Shown piece after piece: positions 37,201 through 46,800 of a stretch of 64,000 nucleotides of DNA. Origin of the DNA: Myxococcota bacterium (GTDB taxonomy: Bacteria > Myxococcota > Kuafuiibacteriia > Kuafuiibacteriales > Kuafuiibacteriaceae); assembly GCA_965223435.1 (NCBI GenBank), contig CBDCWQ010000023.1:790694-854693 (forward strand), given 5' to 3'. Positions within the stretch are counted from its first letter, which is position 1, and each line of letters opens with the position of its first letter. The translations under genes were made by a program, and so were the position numbers. The notes beneath the pieces were generated by a model, which worked only from the letters and a program-made list of their open reading frames with translations, had not been told where the DNA came from and ran no database searches.

Positions 37201-40200
37201 CGGTCACGTCACCGCGAAACACGTAATAGAAATCGTAAAAATAACTTGATGGCAGAAGACTACCGAGTCCCTCTAGCGGTCTTTTTTCGACCCAGGCCTC
37301 CACGGAGATGTTGGCGGCGTTGACGGGGGCACTGTTGCTGAAGTCGACTGGCTCGTCCTCGTAGCCCGGGTGCCCGAGCATGGGGCTTTTTTGTTTGGGG
37401 GTCTGGGCTGGGGCCGCGTAGATCTGGTTTTCGCCCGACGCCGGATCTGCCGAACCCCAGGTCAGGTTCTGGTCCGAGCCGTGAATTTGAAACGCGGTGT
37501 TTGTGGGGCCTTTGTCCCATTCCATCGCGGTCAACTTGGACCAGGCATCCACCACCCAATCTGTGGTCCGATTCAGGTCCGTGCCTTGGGCGTAGTTGAC
37601 CAAGGGTCTATCGAGATCGTTTTCGGTTCGTTCGATGTAGTCGTAGACATCGATGTACCAGATCAAGGCGGTGCTTGAGGTCAAGAGGGTGGAGAGGTCC
37701 TGGATTCTCTGGCTCGAATACGGAAAGCCTTCGCTTTGGACGTACGATTGGACACCGGCCCAAAGGTGGAGCGCTTCCTGCCTGAAGGCTTCACTTCTCG
37801 GGTGCTCTGGGTGTTCATGAACAAAGACGAGGAGCCCCAAAATGAGGCCGGTGGTGGCTTCGAGGTGGTAGGAGGCCTCCTGCAGGTCCGTTTGGTCGAT
37901 GTAGGGGTCTTTGAAGCTGTTCGGGAAGTAGTGGGTACCGCGGTAGCAGGTGCCATTTGTCTTCAGATCGTCGGCGAAGTGGTCGATGGTATAGTCCAAG
38001 CATATGGCCATTTTCTCGACGTACTCGTCGGGAAAGTCTGAGGCTCTGTAATCCACCGACAACGACAACCAGCTGCAGTTGTCGATGGCCGACTCCTCGT
38101 TGGCCTCGAGGGACTCGCCGCGGAGCAGTCCGCCCGTGATGACCCTCGATGGGCTGTCAATGACCCGTGCCTCCCGGCATCCGTTGGCCTCTTTTTCGAC
38201 GTGCAGCGGTTTGTCGCTCCAAAGCGCCTTGAAGGTACCGTTTCTGAGGTCGGTGCGCCAAGTCTGAAGCTCGTCGAGTTGGTCTTCGAGTCCTAGCTTG
38301 GACGCGTTTTTGATCGCGTGGTTGAGTACGCTCAAAACATCGAGGTTGTGTTCGGTGACTACGTTTTGTGCGAGGGCGGGCTCCTTGAGGGCCTCCCACT
38401 CTTCGAGCGAAAGCGTTCGGATGCCGCCATCGAGAAGGCTGCCATCCGCTTGACGGAGGCTCACACGAATGTTGGGCTTTTGGTCCTCGTTGTAGGCTTG
38501 ATACCCGACGGCGTCCAAGACGTCGTAGTAGGCCCATTCTTCGTTCGGCCGGACGGGCGGGGTCATGTCTAGGCGAAGTTCGTGCGGGCTTCTTGCACTT
38601 TGGAGGCCCTTTGTGGTTTCGCCCGCGGTCATCAGCGTGACCCGCGTTCCGTCAGGCGCCACAACGTCGTCGTGCCGGTGGCGTTTGAGGCCTTCGAGTG
38701 CCTGCAAGTAGCAGGTCCTGAGCTTCGTTTGTTCGGAAGCGGAGGCTTCCTCAAAGGCGGCAGAGCTCACAAATACGCCAATGCCTTGAACGGCCCACGC
38801 GTTGGCGCCGGTGACGAGGCGTGCGTCTTTCCACGAGTCGTTGTTGGTGTTTTCTGAAAAATGCCAACCGCGGATGATGGTGCGACCCTGCCACTCGCCG
38901 GTCTCAGCATGGGTGCACAGCCAACGGGCCATCCCCCGCGCGATTTTCTTGGCTTCGGGCCCGGGCGTTCGGGCTTGCTGGGCGAGGGCGATGCCCATGG
39001 TGTAGGCCCATACGCGGTCGAAGCCCGCAAGGTATTTGCCGTCTTGGTGTTCGGGGTCGTTGATGATGTGCGCGACTTGCTGGGCCTCCACGCCGAGGCT
39101 CTCCCAAAAAGCGGGATCCCTGAGGCGCAACGCGCCCGGATCGCTCAGGTCGGGCTGGTATTCGACTTGGTAGTAGACTCTCGAGTCTTCATCCATAGAC
39201 GTGCCTTCGCTGTCAGACGCGCTTGGCGCTTCCGAATAGCGAATGAGGCCATCCCGTAGACGGGTGGCCCACAGATGGTTGCCCGTCAGGTACGTGGGGA
39301 GCACGGAGGTTGAGGCGTGATGCTCGAGGCCGTCTTGCCCTTTGAGGTTGACTTGGTCCACATCGTGGCCGCTTTGGGTGGCTCCAGAGCCGGTGTTGCC
39401 GAAGAGGCCCACATAGGCGGTGGCTTGGCCTCCCTGAATTTCGATGTCGACGCCGCCGTCGTCTTCGGTTGATGCGTTCGGGGTGCCATCGTGCAAAAAG
39501 GCCTGAAGTCCGGATGGGCTTGGGCTGGCTCCGTTCGACCCGAGCCGGACCGATGTGTCGACGTCGAGTTGCTGGTGATACTTGTTTTCTACGGTAACAT
39601 GCACTCGCGCGGCGTGGCCCGCACGAACCTGTGTGGGCAGCTCGGTGTCGATGCGGCTGGCCGTTCCCTCGCGTGAGGAGCGGGTGATGATCACGCGCTC
39701 CTGGCCATCCTGGCCCTGGGCCGGCCTTACCCAGGTCGCCAAGAAGAGGTTTTCGTGGGTGGTGAGCGACGGCACCCCGGCCAGGGTGTCTGCGGCTTGG
39801 GCGTGACTCTTAAAGTGGATGGGCTTGGCCGGAAAGGGGCTGAGGACTTCGGCATCGGTCCAAGAGCGCCCAGCGCTTTGGCTGCGACGGATCTGGATGA
39901 CCCCCTCGTCGTCTGTTTTGGGTACATAGTAGAGCACGCCGACTTCACCCTCTTTGGTGACCCCAAGGTCGGGCAGGTAACCGAAGGCGATGTGATGGGG
40001 GGCGGACCATGTGCCTCCGGCTATGGAGTGCTGCACCATGATGGGGTTGTGCCCGGCGACGTTCGGGTTCGAAGAACTTCCGGTTTCATAGACGACAAAT
40101 TGGGTCCCATCGGGTCCGGTGTAGATCCGAGGATAAGAATGGGTTTGATCTTGCTCCGCTTCTTTTTCGAGGGTCGCCACGACCGAGATTCGCCAGCTTT

Positions 40201-43200
40201 CAAACCGACCATCCACCCAGGTGCCTTGGCGCCAGCCCGTTTCGACGGTTTGCTCTTCTTCGTGCCATGTCAGGAGCCCGCGTTCGATGGGCCAGTTCGA
40301 GACCTCGACGGTGGCGGTCGCCGGCTCAGACCAAGCCCCTTCGACCACGGGCCGCTGTGCCACTTTGATCTGGTCCTCTTCGTGCCAGGTGCCGTCATGA
40401 AGATAAAAATACCAGTTCTTTTCGTGTCGAACATTGGGGTCGTACGAAAAGAACGTTTGGTTCCCTTCGCCGTGATAGTAGGTGTAGGCGTTTTCGTTGC
40501 CCGATTCTAGGTCCCGTCTTCTTGCCCTTTCTTCCTCTGAAAGCCGCGTTCGGGCCTGCGGACGACCCCCTTTGGCTCGATATTCGTACACCTGCAGGAA
40601 GCCCATTTGTGCGCGCCCTGCGCCTTCTTCCGGGCACCAATGGGTTCGGGTGCTTCCGTCCCGGCTGGTGACTTTTTTGTCTAGGGGCGGTGCGAGGGGG
40701 CCATACTCTCCGGTCCATTCGGGGTTTCGGAGCGGTTTGTCATCCCACATTCGATTTTGGCGGGCGACGATCGATATACGCTCGTTGTCGATGTGGAGCG
40801 AGGGTTGGTAGACCCAGGCCTCTTCGACACGCTCGAGATAAGGGCCAAACGGTTCGTTCGTTTTGCGATTGTTCTCAAGTCCGTACGAGTAGCGTTCGTT
40901 CGGCATGTCGTTGCATCCGCATGGGGGGGAGGTGTCCTCACATTTTTGTCGATAGACCCGATAGTAGTCGACCACGATGTCGTTTTTTGTCCGGTAGCGG
41001 CGATCGAACACGCTTTCGGGCGTGCCCTCGAGGTTCTTCAGGTAGTAAGCCTTGTTGCTTTCTCCCCAGACCAGATGGAGGTTGTGGAAGCGGTCGTACC
41101 CAAGGTCGAGTCCTCGTTTCCACGCCGGGGTATCATGAACGAGTCGGGCTTCTTTGAAGTGCGCACCCGCCCTATCGCTTTCGACCACCCACAGTTGACT
41201 GCCGGTCGTTTGGGTGTCCTCGCGGCCGTCTTTTTCGATCCAGCCGATGGCCAGTTTATGCGCCTTTGCGTCCAGTGTGAGATCGGTGATGGCTCGTCCG
41301 GGTTTCGAACCTTGGAGGACGGCCGGTTCGGAAAAGGAATGGGGCTTGCCTGCTTTTTGGCTGCGGACGTACAGCAGTTGGTCGCCCTGTCCTTGGCGAC
41401 CCGGCACGACGTACACGAGGTGGGCAACCAGTTTTCCACCGACTTCGGAAACCGCGGTTTGAGGCAGGACGACGGCTCTTTGACCTCTCGTTGCTGGACT
41501 TGGGGCCTCGAACTGACCGGGCGCGGTGACTGGGCGCTGGAATCCAACTTCGACCTTGAGGATGTTTGAGGCCGACGACTCGATGGCCTGACCGCCTTGG
41601 TCGAACAGGACCGCGGTGACGTAATACCTGTAGACTCGGTCCAGGGTTTCGACCTCGTCCGCAAACGACGGTGTGTCCAAATCTGCCGAGCCGTCATTCG
41701 AAATCTGGACGTCGTCACGGTATACCCGAAATCGGGTGGTGAGACCGCGCGGTATCGATGAACCATCAACCAGTCGTTTGGGCGGTTGCCATTGAAGCTT
41801 GACGCGCTTTCCCACCGAATGTCCGATGAGGTCGGTTGGGGGCATGGTCGGCTTTTCCAGTTGGTATAGATCCTTGTAGGTGATCTCCAAGGTGGTCGTG
41901 ACCTGGTTGTGCGCGAGGTCGGTGGCCGTGAGTTCGAGGACGTTGAGGCCGTCTTGGAGCTGAACCAGGGTCTTGAACCCGCCAAGCTCGTCGGTGGTGA
42001 GCGCCTTGGTGGAGCTTGCGGTGGGCTCAAGGATGGTCAACCGCCTTAGATGGGGCTCCATGACTCGCCCGCTGAGGGTGTACGCACGGTCGAAGACCGT
42101 TTCCTTGAGCGGACCGTCGAGGCTGATTTTGGGGACCTCTTGGTCGAAAACGATGCTTCGTGAAACCTGGTTCTCGAGACCCACCAGATCGCGCGCCACC
42201 ACCACGAAGTCATTTTTGTTTTCGTTCAGCCTCACAATGGAACTGAAGGCGCCGTTCTTTTGGGTCACCACCAGCTGGTTGATGCGGACGAACATCAAGT
42301 TTTCGTCCGAGACACTTCCGGTGACCGTTGCAAAAGGGACGTTGGTGTAGGTGACCGGATGAACGAGGTTTTTGACCTCGAGAAACGGAGGCTCAGCGTC
42401 CGAGCTCAAAGAAATGGGCGCGTCCATTTTGTTGAAGAAACCAACTTTTGAGAACAGCGCTTGGGGCGGTGATGCCTCGTCAGAGGCCAGGCTTTCGACC
42501 CGAACCGATTGGACCTTTTCCACCACCTGAAGATCGTCGAAATAGACGTAGACCCGCTTCCAAGAGGGGGATGCGCCTCCTTCAATGAGGGTACTGAGGC
42601 GGATGCGCTCCATCTGTTCGCCTTCACCAAGAACGACCAATTCGGCGTCCATGTTTTCTGACTGGGCTGCGATGTCTACGAAAAACCCGATCGCATTCTC
42701 GGGTCCGTGAGGGCTCTTTTCGGGAGCGGAAGCCAGGTCTGGCGCAAAGCGCATCTTCACGCCGTCCACGAGCAACCCCAAGGAACGTTCGGTGACAAAG
42801 CCTGCTTGGTCGGTTGCGACAAACCTCAGGACGTGAAGGCCGGGGGACAAAGATGCCCGTTCGAGTCGCTGTTCGAATTGGTCTTGGTACAAGGGGATCG
42901 TTTGACCGTCGACTTTGAGGTCGACCAGGTTTTGCTCAACGACTCGACCGTAGAAGAACACCTCCTCTTGCTGAAGGGCGAGCTGGGATGGGTCTGGGAG
43001 CGTGAACTCGATGATGGGTGGCGTGTCGTCGAAGACAACTTCCCTCAACACTTGGCTTTGGTGGCCAAAGAAATCGATGGCTGAGAAGTCGATGAGGTTG
43101 GTTCCGGGAGCCAACCAGAACGCATGTTCGAAGCTTTGATTTCGCCGTCCTACCAAAAGGTCGTCGATAAAAAATGCGAGCAGATGATCATCGTAGACTT

Positions 43201-43543
43201 CGCCGGATACGATCAGTGGGTTTGACCGGCTAAAAGACCTCTTGAGTTTTGGGGTTGCGACATAGAGCACGGGGGGCCTTTGGTCGGGCGATGTGTAGGG
43301 TTCGGCGACCGATGAGGTCTCGGCGTCGTGGAAGGATTCGCCCGGAGTCGATGTCTGGGTGACGGTGATCAGAGGCTGCTCGGCCGGTCCAGCCGTGTTT
43401 TCGACGGGTTCAGGCTGGGTCAGTGCGGAATGCCCGTCCGACCATGGGGTCAGAATGGGACCTTGCCCGCAGGCGGATAAGCCTATCGCTACGCTGAAGG
43501 CCCAAAAAAGCCTCGAGTCCGTTTCCTTTGTTTTCCGATACAT
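31259..43543 (-). CDS. Giant secreted lipoprotein paralog B, ~4094 aa from the proposed start. Same N-terminal/central architecture as A and C. C-terminal part carries an HExxH zincin-like motif and a basic ~110-aa tail.
   Basis: Start MYRKTKETDSRLFWAFSVAIGLSACGQ (ATG 43543, SD AGGAGA 8 nt upstream, perfect lipobox LSAC). The track start 43585 is probably read-through. 'LIGHIAHELTHRIAHNHP' encoded at 32761-32820. Asp-box-like 'SAGRSWTD'. Cys cluster 'CEDTSPPCGCNDMP' (~40895-40945). Confidence 0.8.
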   Translation of the reverse strand: MYRKTKETDSRLFWAFSVAIGLSACGQGPILTPWSDGHSALTQPEPVENTAGPAEQPLITVTQTSTPGESFHDAETSSVAEPYTSPDQRPPVLYVATPKLKRSFSRSNPLIVSGEVYDDHLLAFFIDDLLVGRRNQSFEHAFWLAPGTNLIDFSAIDFFGHQSQVLREVVFDDTPPIIEFTLPDPSQLALQQEEVFFYGRVVEQNLVDLKVDGQTIPLYQDQFEQRLERASLSPGLHVLRFVATDQAGFVTERSLGLLVDGVKMRFAPDLASAPEKSPHGPENAIGFFVDIAAQSENMDAELVVLGEGEQMERIRLSTLIEGGASPSWKRVYVYFDDLQVVEKVQSVRVESLASDEASPPQALFSKVGFFNKMDAPISLSSDAEPPFLEVKNLVHPVTYTNVPFATVTGSVSDENLMFVRINQLVVTQKNGAFSSIVRLNENKNDFVVVARDLVGLENQVSRSIVFDQEVPKISLDGPLKETVFDRAYTLSGRVMEPHLRRLTILEPTASSTKALTTDELGGFKTLVQLQDGLNVLELTATDLAHNQVTTTLEITYKDLYQLEKPTMPPTDLIGHSVGKRVKLQWQPPKRLVDGSSIPRGLTTRFRVYRDDVQISNDGSADLDTPSFADEVETLDRVYRYYVTAVLFDQGGQAIESSASNILKVEVGFQRPVTAPGQFEAPSPATRGQRAVVLPQTAVSEVGGKLVAHLVYVVPGRQGQGDQLLYVRSQKAGKPHSFSEPAVLQGSKPGRAITDLTLDAKAHKLAIGWIEKDGREDTQTTGSQLWVVESDRAGAHFKEARLVHDTPAWKRGLDLGYDRFHNLHLVWGESNKAYYLKNLEGTPESVFDRRYRTKNDIVVDYYRVYRQKCEDTSPPCGCNDMPNERYSYGLENNRKTNEPFGPYLERVEEAWVYQPSLHIDNERISIVARQNRMWDDKPLRNPEWTGEYGPLAPPLDKKVTSRDGSTRTHWCPEEGAGRAQMGFLQVYEYRAKGGRPQARTRLSEEERARRRDLESGNENAYTYYHGEGNQTFFSYDPNVRHEKNWYFYLHDGTWHEEDQIKVAQRPVVEGAWSEPATATVEVSNWPIERGLLTWHEEEQTVETGWRQGTWVDGRFESWRISVVATLEKEAEQDQTHSYPRIYTGPDGTQFVVYETGSSSNPNVAGHNPIMVQHSIAGGTWSAPHHIAFGYLPDLGVTKEGEVGVLYYVPKTDDEGVIQIRRSQSAGRSWTDAEVLSPFPAKPIHFKSHAQAADTLAGVPSLTTHENLFLATWVRPAQGQDGQERVIITRSSREGTASRIDTELPTQVRAGHAARVHVTVENKYHQQLDVDTSVRLGSNGASPSPSGLQAFLHDGTPNASTEDDGGVDIEIQGGQATAYVGLFGNTGSGATQSGHDVDQVNLKGQDGLEHHASTSVLPTYLTGNHLWATRLRDGLIRYSEAPSASDSEGTSMDEDSRVYYQVEYQPDLSDPGALRLRDPAFWESLGVEAQQVAHIINDPEHQDGKYLAGFDRVWAYTMGIALAQQARTPGPEAKKIARGMARWLCTHAETGEWQGRTIIRGWHFSENTNNDSWKDARLVTGANAWAVQGIGVFVSSAAFEEASASEQTKLRTCYLQALEGLKRHRHDDVVAPDGTRVTLMTAGETTKGLQSARSPHELRLDMTPPVRPNEEWAYYDVLDAVGYQAYNEDQKPNIRVSLRQADGSLLDGGIRTLSLEEWEALKEPALAQNVVTEHNLDVLSVLNHAIKNASKLGLEDQLDELQTWRTDLRNGTFKALWSDKPLHVEKEANGCREARVIDSPSRVITGGLLRGESLEANEESAIDNCSWLSLSVDYRASDFPDEYVEKMAICLDYTIDHFADDLKTNGTCYRGTHYFPNSFKDPYIDQTDLQEASYHLEATTGLILGLLVFVHEHPEHPRSEAFRQEALHLWAGVQSYVQSEGFPYSSQRIQDLSTLLTSSTALIWYIDVYDYIERTENDLDRPLVNYAQGTDLNRTTDWVVDAWSKLTAMEWDKGPTNTAFQIHGSDQNLTWGSADPASGENQIYAAPAQTPKQKSPMLGHPGYEDEPVDFSNSAPVNAANISVEAWVEKRPLEGLGSLLPSSYFYDFYYVFRGDVTGIEIGPELGVLLSIRQEGRELFVKDVPLDESGHFETALKQEDAVVFLGDAHRFTLSTKIARLRRGSGEILATTGGPTSIQNATSAHAVYQPTPRYSGKKGEWFIHGADSETFELKDHAQNTIAAAHAKDLALLVSGYTKSDQEGARPITRTEDQALAVLAAVHRGDLEQAWAWGWALKRVTQTVFHPENPLALIPYAVDAETGVAVAPYYQTGSQMMALYALATLHRALEPVHPARAQTLAEHILKLQQSMRTAYFHQEAGHPLEGFFQSGNGFPEAWAKALEGNAEEPHPEDVSLPVFASASLRDHVYAYFAFARAAEVLPDPKGRALAKDLKRSVEDKLENAFWQDDRPLRFIQDPSDEQKVDATEDSIGMHALYTLFALERGLVRRAHLSLDRLAGLTHALKDTWADGKGFDFSNSFALVVLAERGGARIDPRLEQLAWSRLETLLSASAGPGSMAAMLLAEHPKDLFGVTASPVAFVRSPSALHWEERVQRRIEQQGLDTLLSLFLSPYRPQSFDTGMNRMVQLVALAEALHEGVPVERWRSFYREETYSHRVAYTVWALQNLCESRNQGALTGLDLNRSLGLSCEAASAHFKALLVARTGTSEDPSRLAALIEHPHDAFELTQRIYQLTRDDVPSPHSYGDSLHGNTQIVQAPKGPVSFDFIREADPVELSADLSVAQRKEQLQTHWQTTLQDALLEQRHLGRTPWFEVEGINFIGLGNKASLEASGRKALEYLVLQGPEHQTRYALGGIPTREPLPEAWKMLEPGVGVIGSAEATNAGHLRRFINAEAGGQLPKLARQAGLDPSIVHRAMRSGLLLETHLMSMMNAVGLSQEKADAYKAGFTFVEPNDPRVHISATGTPKNELALHQVGLATAILDPVNPSVGTELATPKNPRVHFVLPASEEVGNTELPGKEVCYEVFRFDAQTLSPEDFLALSVEEAEQHRIDACAKASPYEDLGLLEAYFQRAPTQDRFDPMYAVVLSTPQTRSFLSGYVQLPQIPSVFPRAYRRPLVGGKASPGPGIPDSDPTIEENALVIDMAILYTASAVRESGGVDALNEDIDRIVGAANQALLDMDSSVRIVAHTAYTTYQEIGDVRLDAADIQAHAPQSILSPYLGFKADLLTVLTRSGLGGSTEGPTEHRVTSPHGTWVHTRLHPGTLAAVHDQSGRGAMGVQEVGEFQTLGRFNELVYFLLGCRALGEDERCAPLLEATAAATRNVDGQMHRVADYLVQSASGLGLPAPIPAISKHSPCADVPLENTGDHNIVWSARSDSSWLNILLDGQPAETLGVPERTLVPRASSMLRVCGGIPGFPESAFSPPQKVITLEFINQTDGGLIETRVLHFPDAEERPNEPRKQPLGATQAHADDDTFGHAPSSEDLDEQTREDIKRIVDAHSPLNVPLVKEVIGRSAMFNWLQRQLPDRGLKMKWTDGPTGFVPGTVGKQIVLISERHALNPERLIGHIAHELTHRIAHNHPLFHQQTEDQVYACADGSGTCTLAGWSRAALSEKAWREAHFNAWVRAEAQSVFYEMVVLKEIRSFLEKTGDTRYALDRLYLSGTRLEAYEAIVDAFWPFRGAEPYQQELDAREEAIQKLKRLVHVAVGSGGQSYRTRFTQKINAVWGYGTEDARAQTVINLRFQEGAHHPDDREHYQGTLRAQYNDFSTDLVPGKVYDGQSFVDDLIFVAIHNENRPTVNVAPESGNSLEGLASDGRLPRGLFIDPDFWEELEDHGIYSLADYLERLHEEERLYADEETKETLDNIDLSQCYTNPDCPVIQILLEYEDDQGDQAVAFSVHYPYEGNGEAIPITLLDLLGLAPIPVAKVGAVLGTAALAGLGFVKVASTTAPKFASATKISLGRTGNIFTVPLKRPISSEVSTNPTIHFLSRQEARKGFTGGLRTSANQFYRHAKDKGQHFRTEKLPDGNYRFEFFHAANNPGYGKRYIKVVDPTGTTLKSYKETIGPKGLLETKWLVGGPD
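32761..32820 (-). other. HExxH(xxxH) putative zinc-metallopeptidase motif within paralog B.
   Basis: RLIGHIAHELTHRIAHNHP translated from this interval. Confidence 0.5.
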
Positions 43544-43585
43544 GGGGGGTCTTTCTCCTAAAAGACATATGTGGGTCCTGGTCAT

Positions 43586-43857
43586 GTGTTGTAGGATGGA
43601 TGACTACAGGTGTGTGACCAACCTACACGAACCCACATAGATAGCAATAAAAATTGACATATCTGTGCGACGCGCCTTCCGGATTTTTGACAATACGCGC
43701 CGCCGGTCTGGAAGCTCCAGCTAACTGTGCGAAATCTATATTGCGGACGATCTGCGGCTCGCGCCAAGAGGCGGTGGACCACCCATCAGGCCCAGCGGAC
43801 TTTGACTGAAGCTACGCATCAATGGCTGACGCGTGGGGGATAGAAGTGATCGGGCCT
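43586..43857. promoter_or_regulatory. AT-richer 272-bp intergenic region between the giant genes C (stop) and B (start). Promoter region for paralog B.
   Basis: GC drop (ataaaaattgacatatctg…). SD AGGAGA at its proximal end. Two TTGACA hexamers on the plus strand. Confidence 0.35.
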
Positions 43858-46800
43858 TCAGCGATGGACTACCTTCAAGGCCCAGACAATGTTCTCAAGG
43901 GTCTGGATCAGCGCATCGATTTCGGGAACCAGTTTCTCGAATCTTGGGGAACGTATGTGCTCGGCCTCGAGCAATTCGAGCAGGGGTTCGGTAAATGGCG
44001 CCCAATGGGCCTCGAGTTTATCTTTGAGGTCTTTTTGGAGGGGGACAGAGATGCGGATCTTTTCGTTTGGCGTGGTGCGGAGAAAGGCAAAGTACTTTTC
44101 TACGGCGAGGTGTCCGTCTGTCGTCACGGCGGTGAGCGGTTGTTCGATGTCTTTTTTGAGGGACGTGGTCATGGTGGCGCTCCGGAGTCTTCGAAGGTCT
44201 TCGATGAGGGTTGTGAGCGCTGAGATCTGTTTTTCCAACGTGAGATTCGAAGGGTCAAGGTGCGAGGTGGGCTTGAAGGCCAGGTTTCGGGACTCAGCCT
44301 GGCGCAGTCTGGCGAGGCCTTTATCGAAGGCCGCCAGCGGGTCGGCGGCCGCATAGCTCTCCCCGACGAAATGGTCTAAGGTGGGTGTGTAGTAGACGAC
44401 GCTTCGGTTTGGCATCACCACGCGGACATAGGGCTGGTCTGGAAGCCTTTGGAAGATTTCTTGCACGGCGTTCTCATCGACCGTTGGGTCTCCCGTGCCG
44501 CTCATGCTCACCACCACTTGGCTCTCCTTGGGGAAGACGGCGACCTTGGGGTGTTGCCAGCCGGAGCCATTCATTACGGGGAATGCGGCGTAGAGGCTTT
44601 GTGGAACAAAACCCTTCAGGAAGATCTGGGCGATCGGTTTGCCATGCACAACGCCAGTCACCTCGAGTTCGACGTCGGTGAGGGGTGCGCGGTTGATGTA
44701 CACCTTTCTTTCGCTGAAGCCGGCTGCGCCTGGCCCAGAGCCCGGGGTGTCGCCACGGTAAAGATGCTCCAGTGATATCGCGTTTTCGAGGGGGTCGCTT
44801 GACACCGCGACCTCGAGTTCGTGGAACTTGCCGTCCCGGGTTCGCGCTTGAGGCTTCACCGATTCGCCGGACACGAGGCGAATGACGCTCTGGTCGGTGT
44901 GGTTAAAAAGCTCGTCGAGCTCTTGTTTATCTTTGCTGGTGAGTTGCCCGTCCGACGATGCGGTATAGCCGGTAATGATACGGTCTTCTCGGGGAATGAG
45001 GCCCCAAAAAGAGTTTTTCGGTGAAAATACGATAAAAAACTTCTGCTTGCGATCGTATACCTGGACCACGTTGTACCGGATGTTCACCCGCGGTTGATGC
45101 AGATCTCTGACTTTGGCCATTCTCTTGTCGGTGAGCGCGTCCGGACTGACGCGGACCATGCCGCTGAATCTGTAGTTTGAGGCGAGGGTGTTGAGTTTTG
45201 TCGACGGAATACCGTAGGTCTTGTGGGGCAGGTTTTCTACCTGGGCGATCAGTTTCTCCACCGTGGCGTCCTTGTTGCTTTCGAAGGTGAACGAGAAGCC
45301 GTCTTCGTCTTCGGCCACGGTCAGGGCGTTTCTCTTGATTGCTTGATCGATCTCTTCGCCGGTCAGCACTTCAAAGGGGTCTCGGGCCTCGCGTTTGAAG
45401 AGGACGACGTCAATGAATCGCTCCGGCTCCGCGAGCACGTCGCTTAGAGAACTCGGTGGGGGACCGTAAAGATAGGTGGTGGTGATGCTCCCCGCTTCGA
45501 AGGTCGTTCCCGTCCGCTGAGGCGGCTCGGGCGAAACTCTGTCGAGCAAGTAGATTAAGGGGCGTTCGGTGAAGGGGGACTTGGCGGCGGCCGCTCGTAT
45601 CAGACCGATGGCCAACATGGGCTGGACGATTCCGCTGCCAAGAAGCTCGTCTAGGCTCAGGCTTGTCTGCACCAGCGCTTGTTCGATTTCGATCGGGCGG
45701 GCCTGGGTTTTGTGGCTCAGGGCTTCTAAGTCGAGCACCAATCCCAATGCGGCAGCGTGAGGGCTGGCGAAAGTTGTTCCGCATCGCTCCGCATCCTCGG
45801 CACAGGCGACGGCAGACCGGCCGGCGGCCGCAAGTTTCACTGAGGGGCCGGTGTTGGCATAGTCCCTAAGGCTGGCCCGCTGGCTCGGGCCGAATGAGTT
45901 GAGGGCGGTCACAAAGATCACGTAGTCGCTGAGAGCCTTGGCATTGGGGTGCACGTCTTCGAGGGGCTTGCCGTCGTTTCCGGCGGCGACAAAAATCGTG
46001 ATGCCTGCGGCACGGGCCTCGCGAACGGCGGCGAGAAAGTCATCGTTCAGCCAGGCGCGGAACTTATTGGCGTTGGCAAAGGAGCTGTCGAGACTGATGT
46101 TTAGCACGGAGATCCGTTCGCCGCCCTGATGGTTGTTGAAGTCGGTGCGAAGTTTGGTTGCGAGCCGGACTGCTTCCGGAACGTCCACATTGAAGGGGGC
46201 CATGAACCCGAGAAAGCTTGCGTCATAAGGGTCATGGCCGGCCAACTTGGCAAGCCTCGTGTATTCAAACTCCAACGCGCGACGCACCAGGAATCCGTGG
46301 ATGGCATGCGGATCCTCGGTCATGAGGTCTTTGCTGTTCGGAACCGTAAAGCTGCGTTCGATGATCCCGATGGTGGCCTTGGCTTTGTTTGTTCCGAAGA
46401 GCCGAACCGTCTTGATGGGTGGGGGGGCGGTGCCGAACGGTGCGGGCTTGATCACGGCGGTTCCGCCCTCTTGCTGGGAGTCGACCAGAGGAATGGCCTC
46501 GCCCGTCTCCTGTCTGGTGAAGGGGGATGCTTTCTTTTCGCTCAAACTGCTGTACCCCGCGGCGTCGAGCCACCAGGAGGGTCTTTTGCCTTGATCGTTC
46601 CGGTCCACTTTGACCGCCCGTTCCGCCGTTTTTGCGTCAAAAAACCATCCGAGGAGAAAAGCCCGGCCCCAGCGCAAAAAGCCTTCTTGGAGTGCGGCGC
46701 TGGGCAGGTGCGCCGCGATTTCCAGCATGGCCTGCCACCACTGGTGATGCCGGAGGAAGTTGTCGATCACTTCGCCTCGGCTGTGGGTGGTGTCGAGGGC

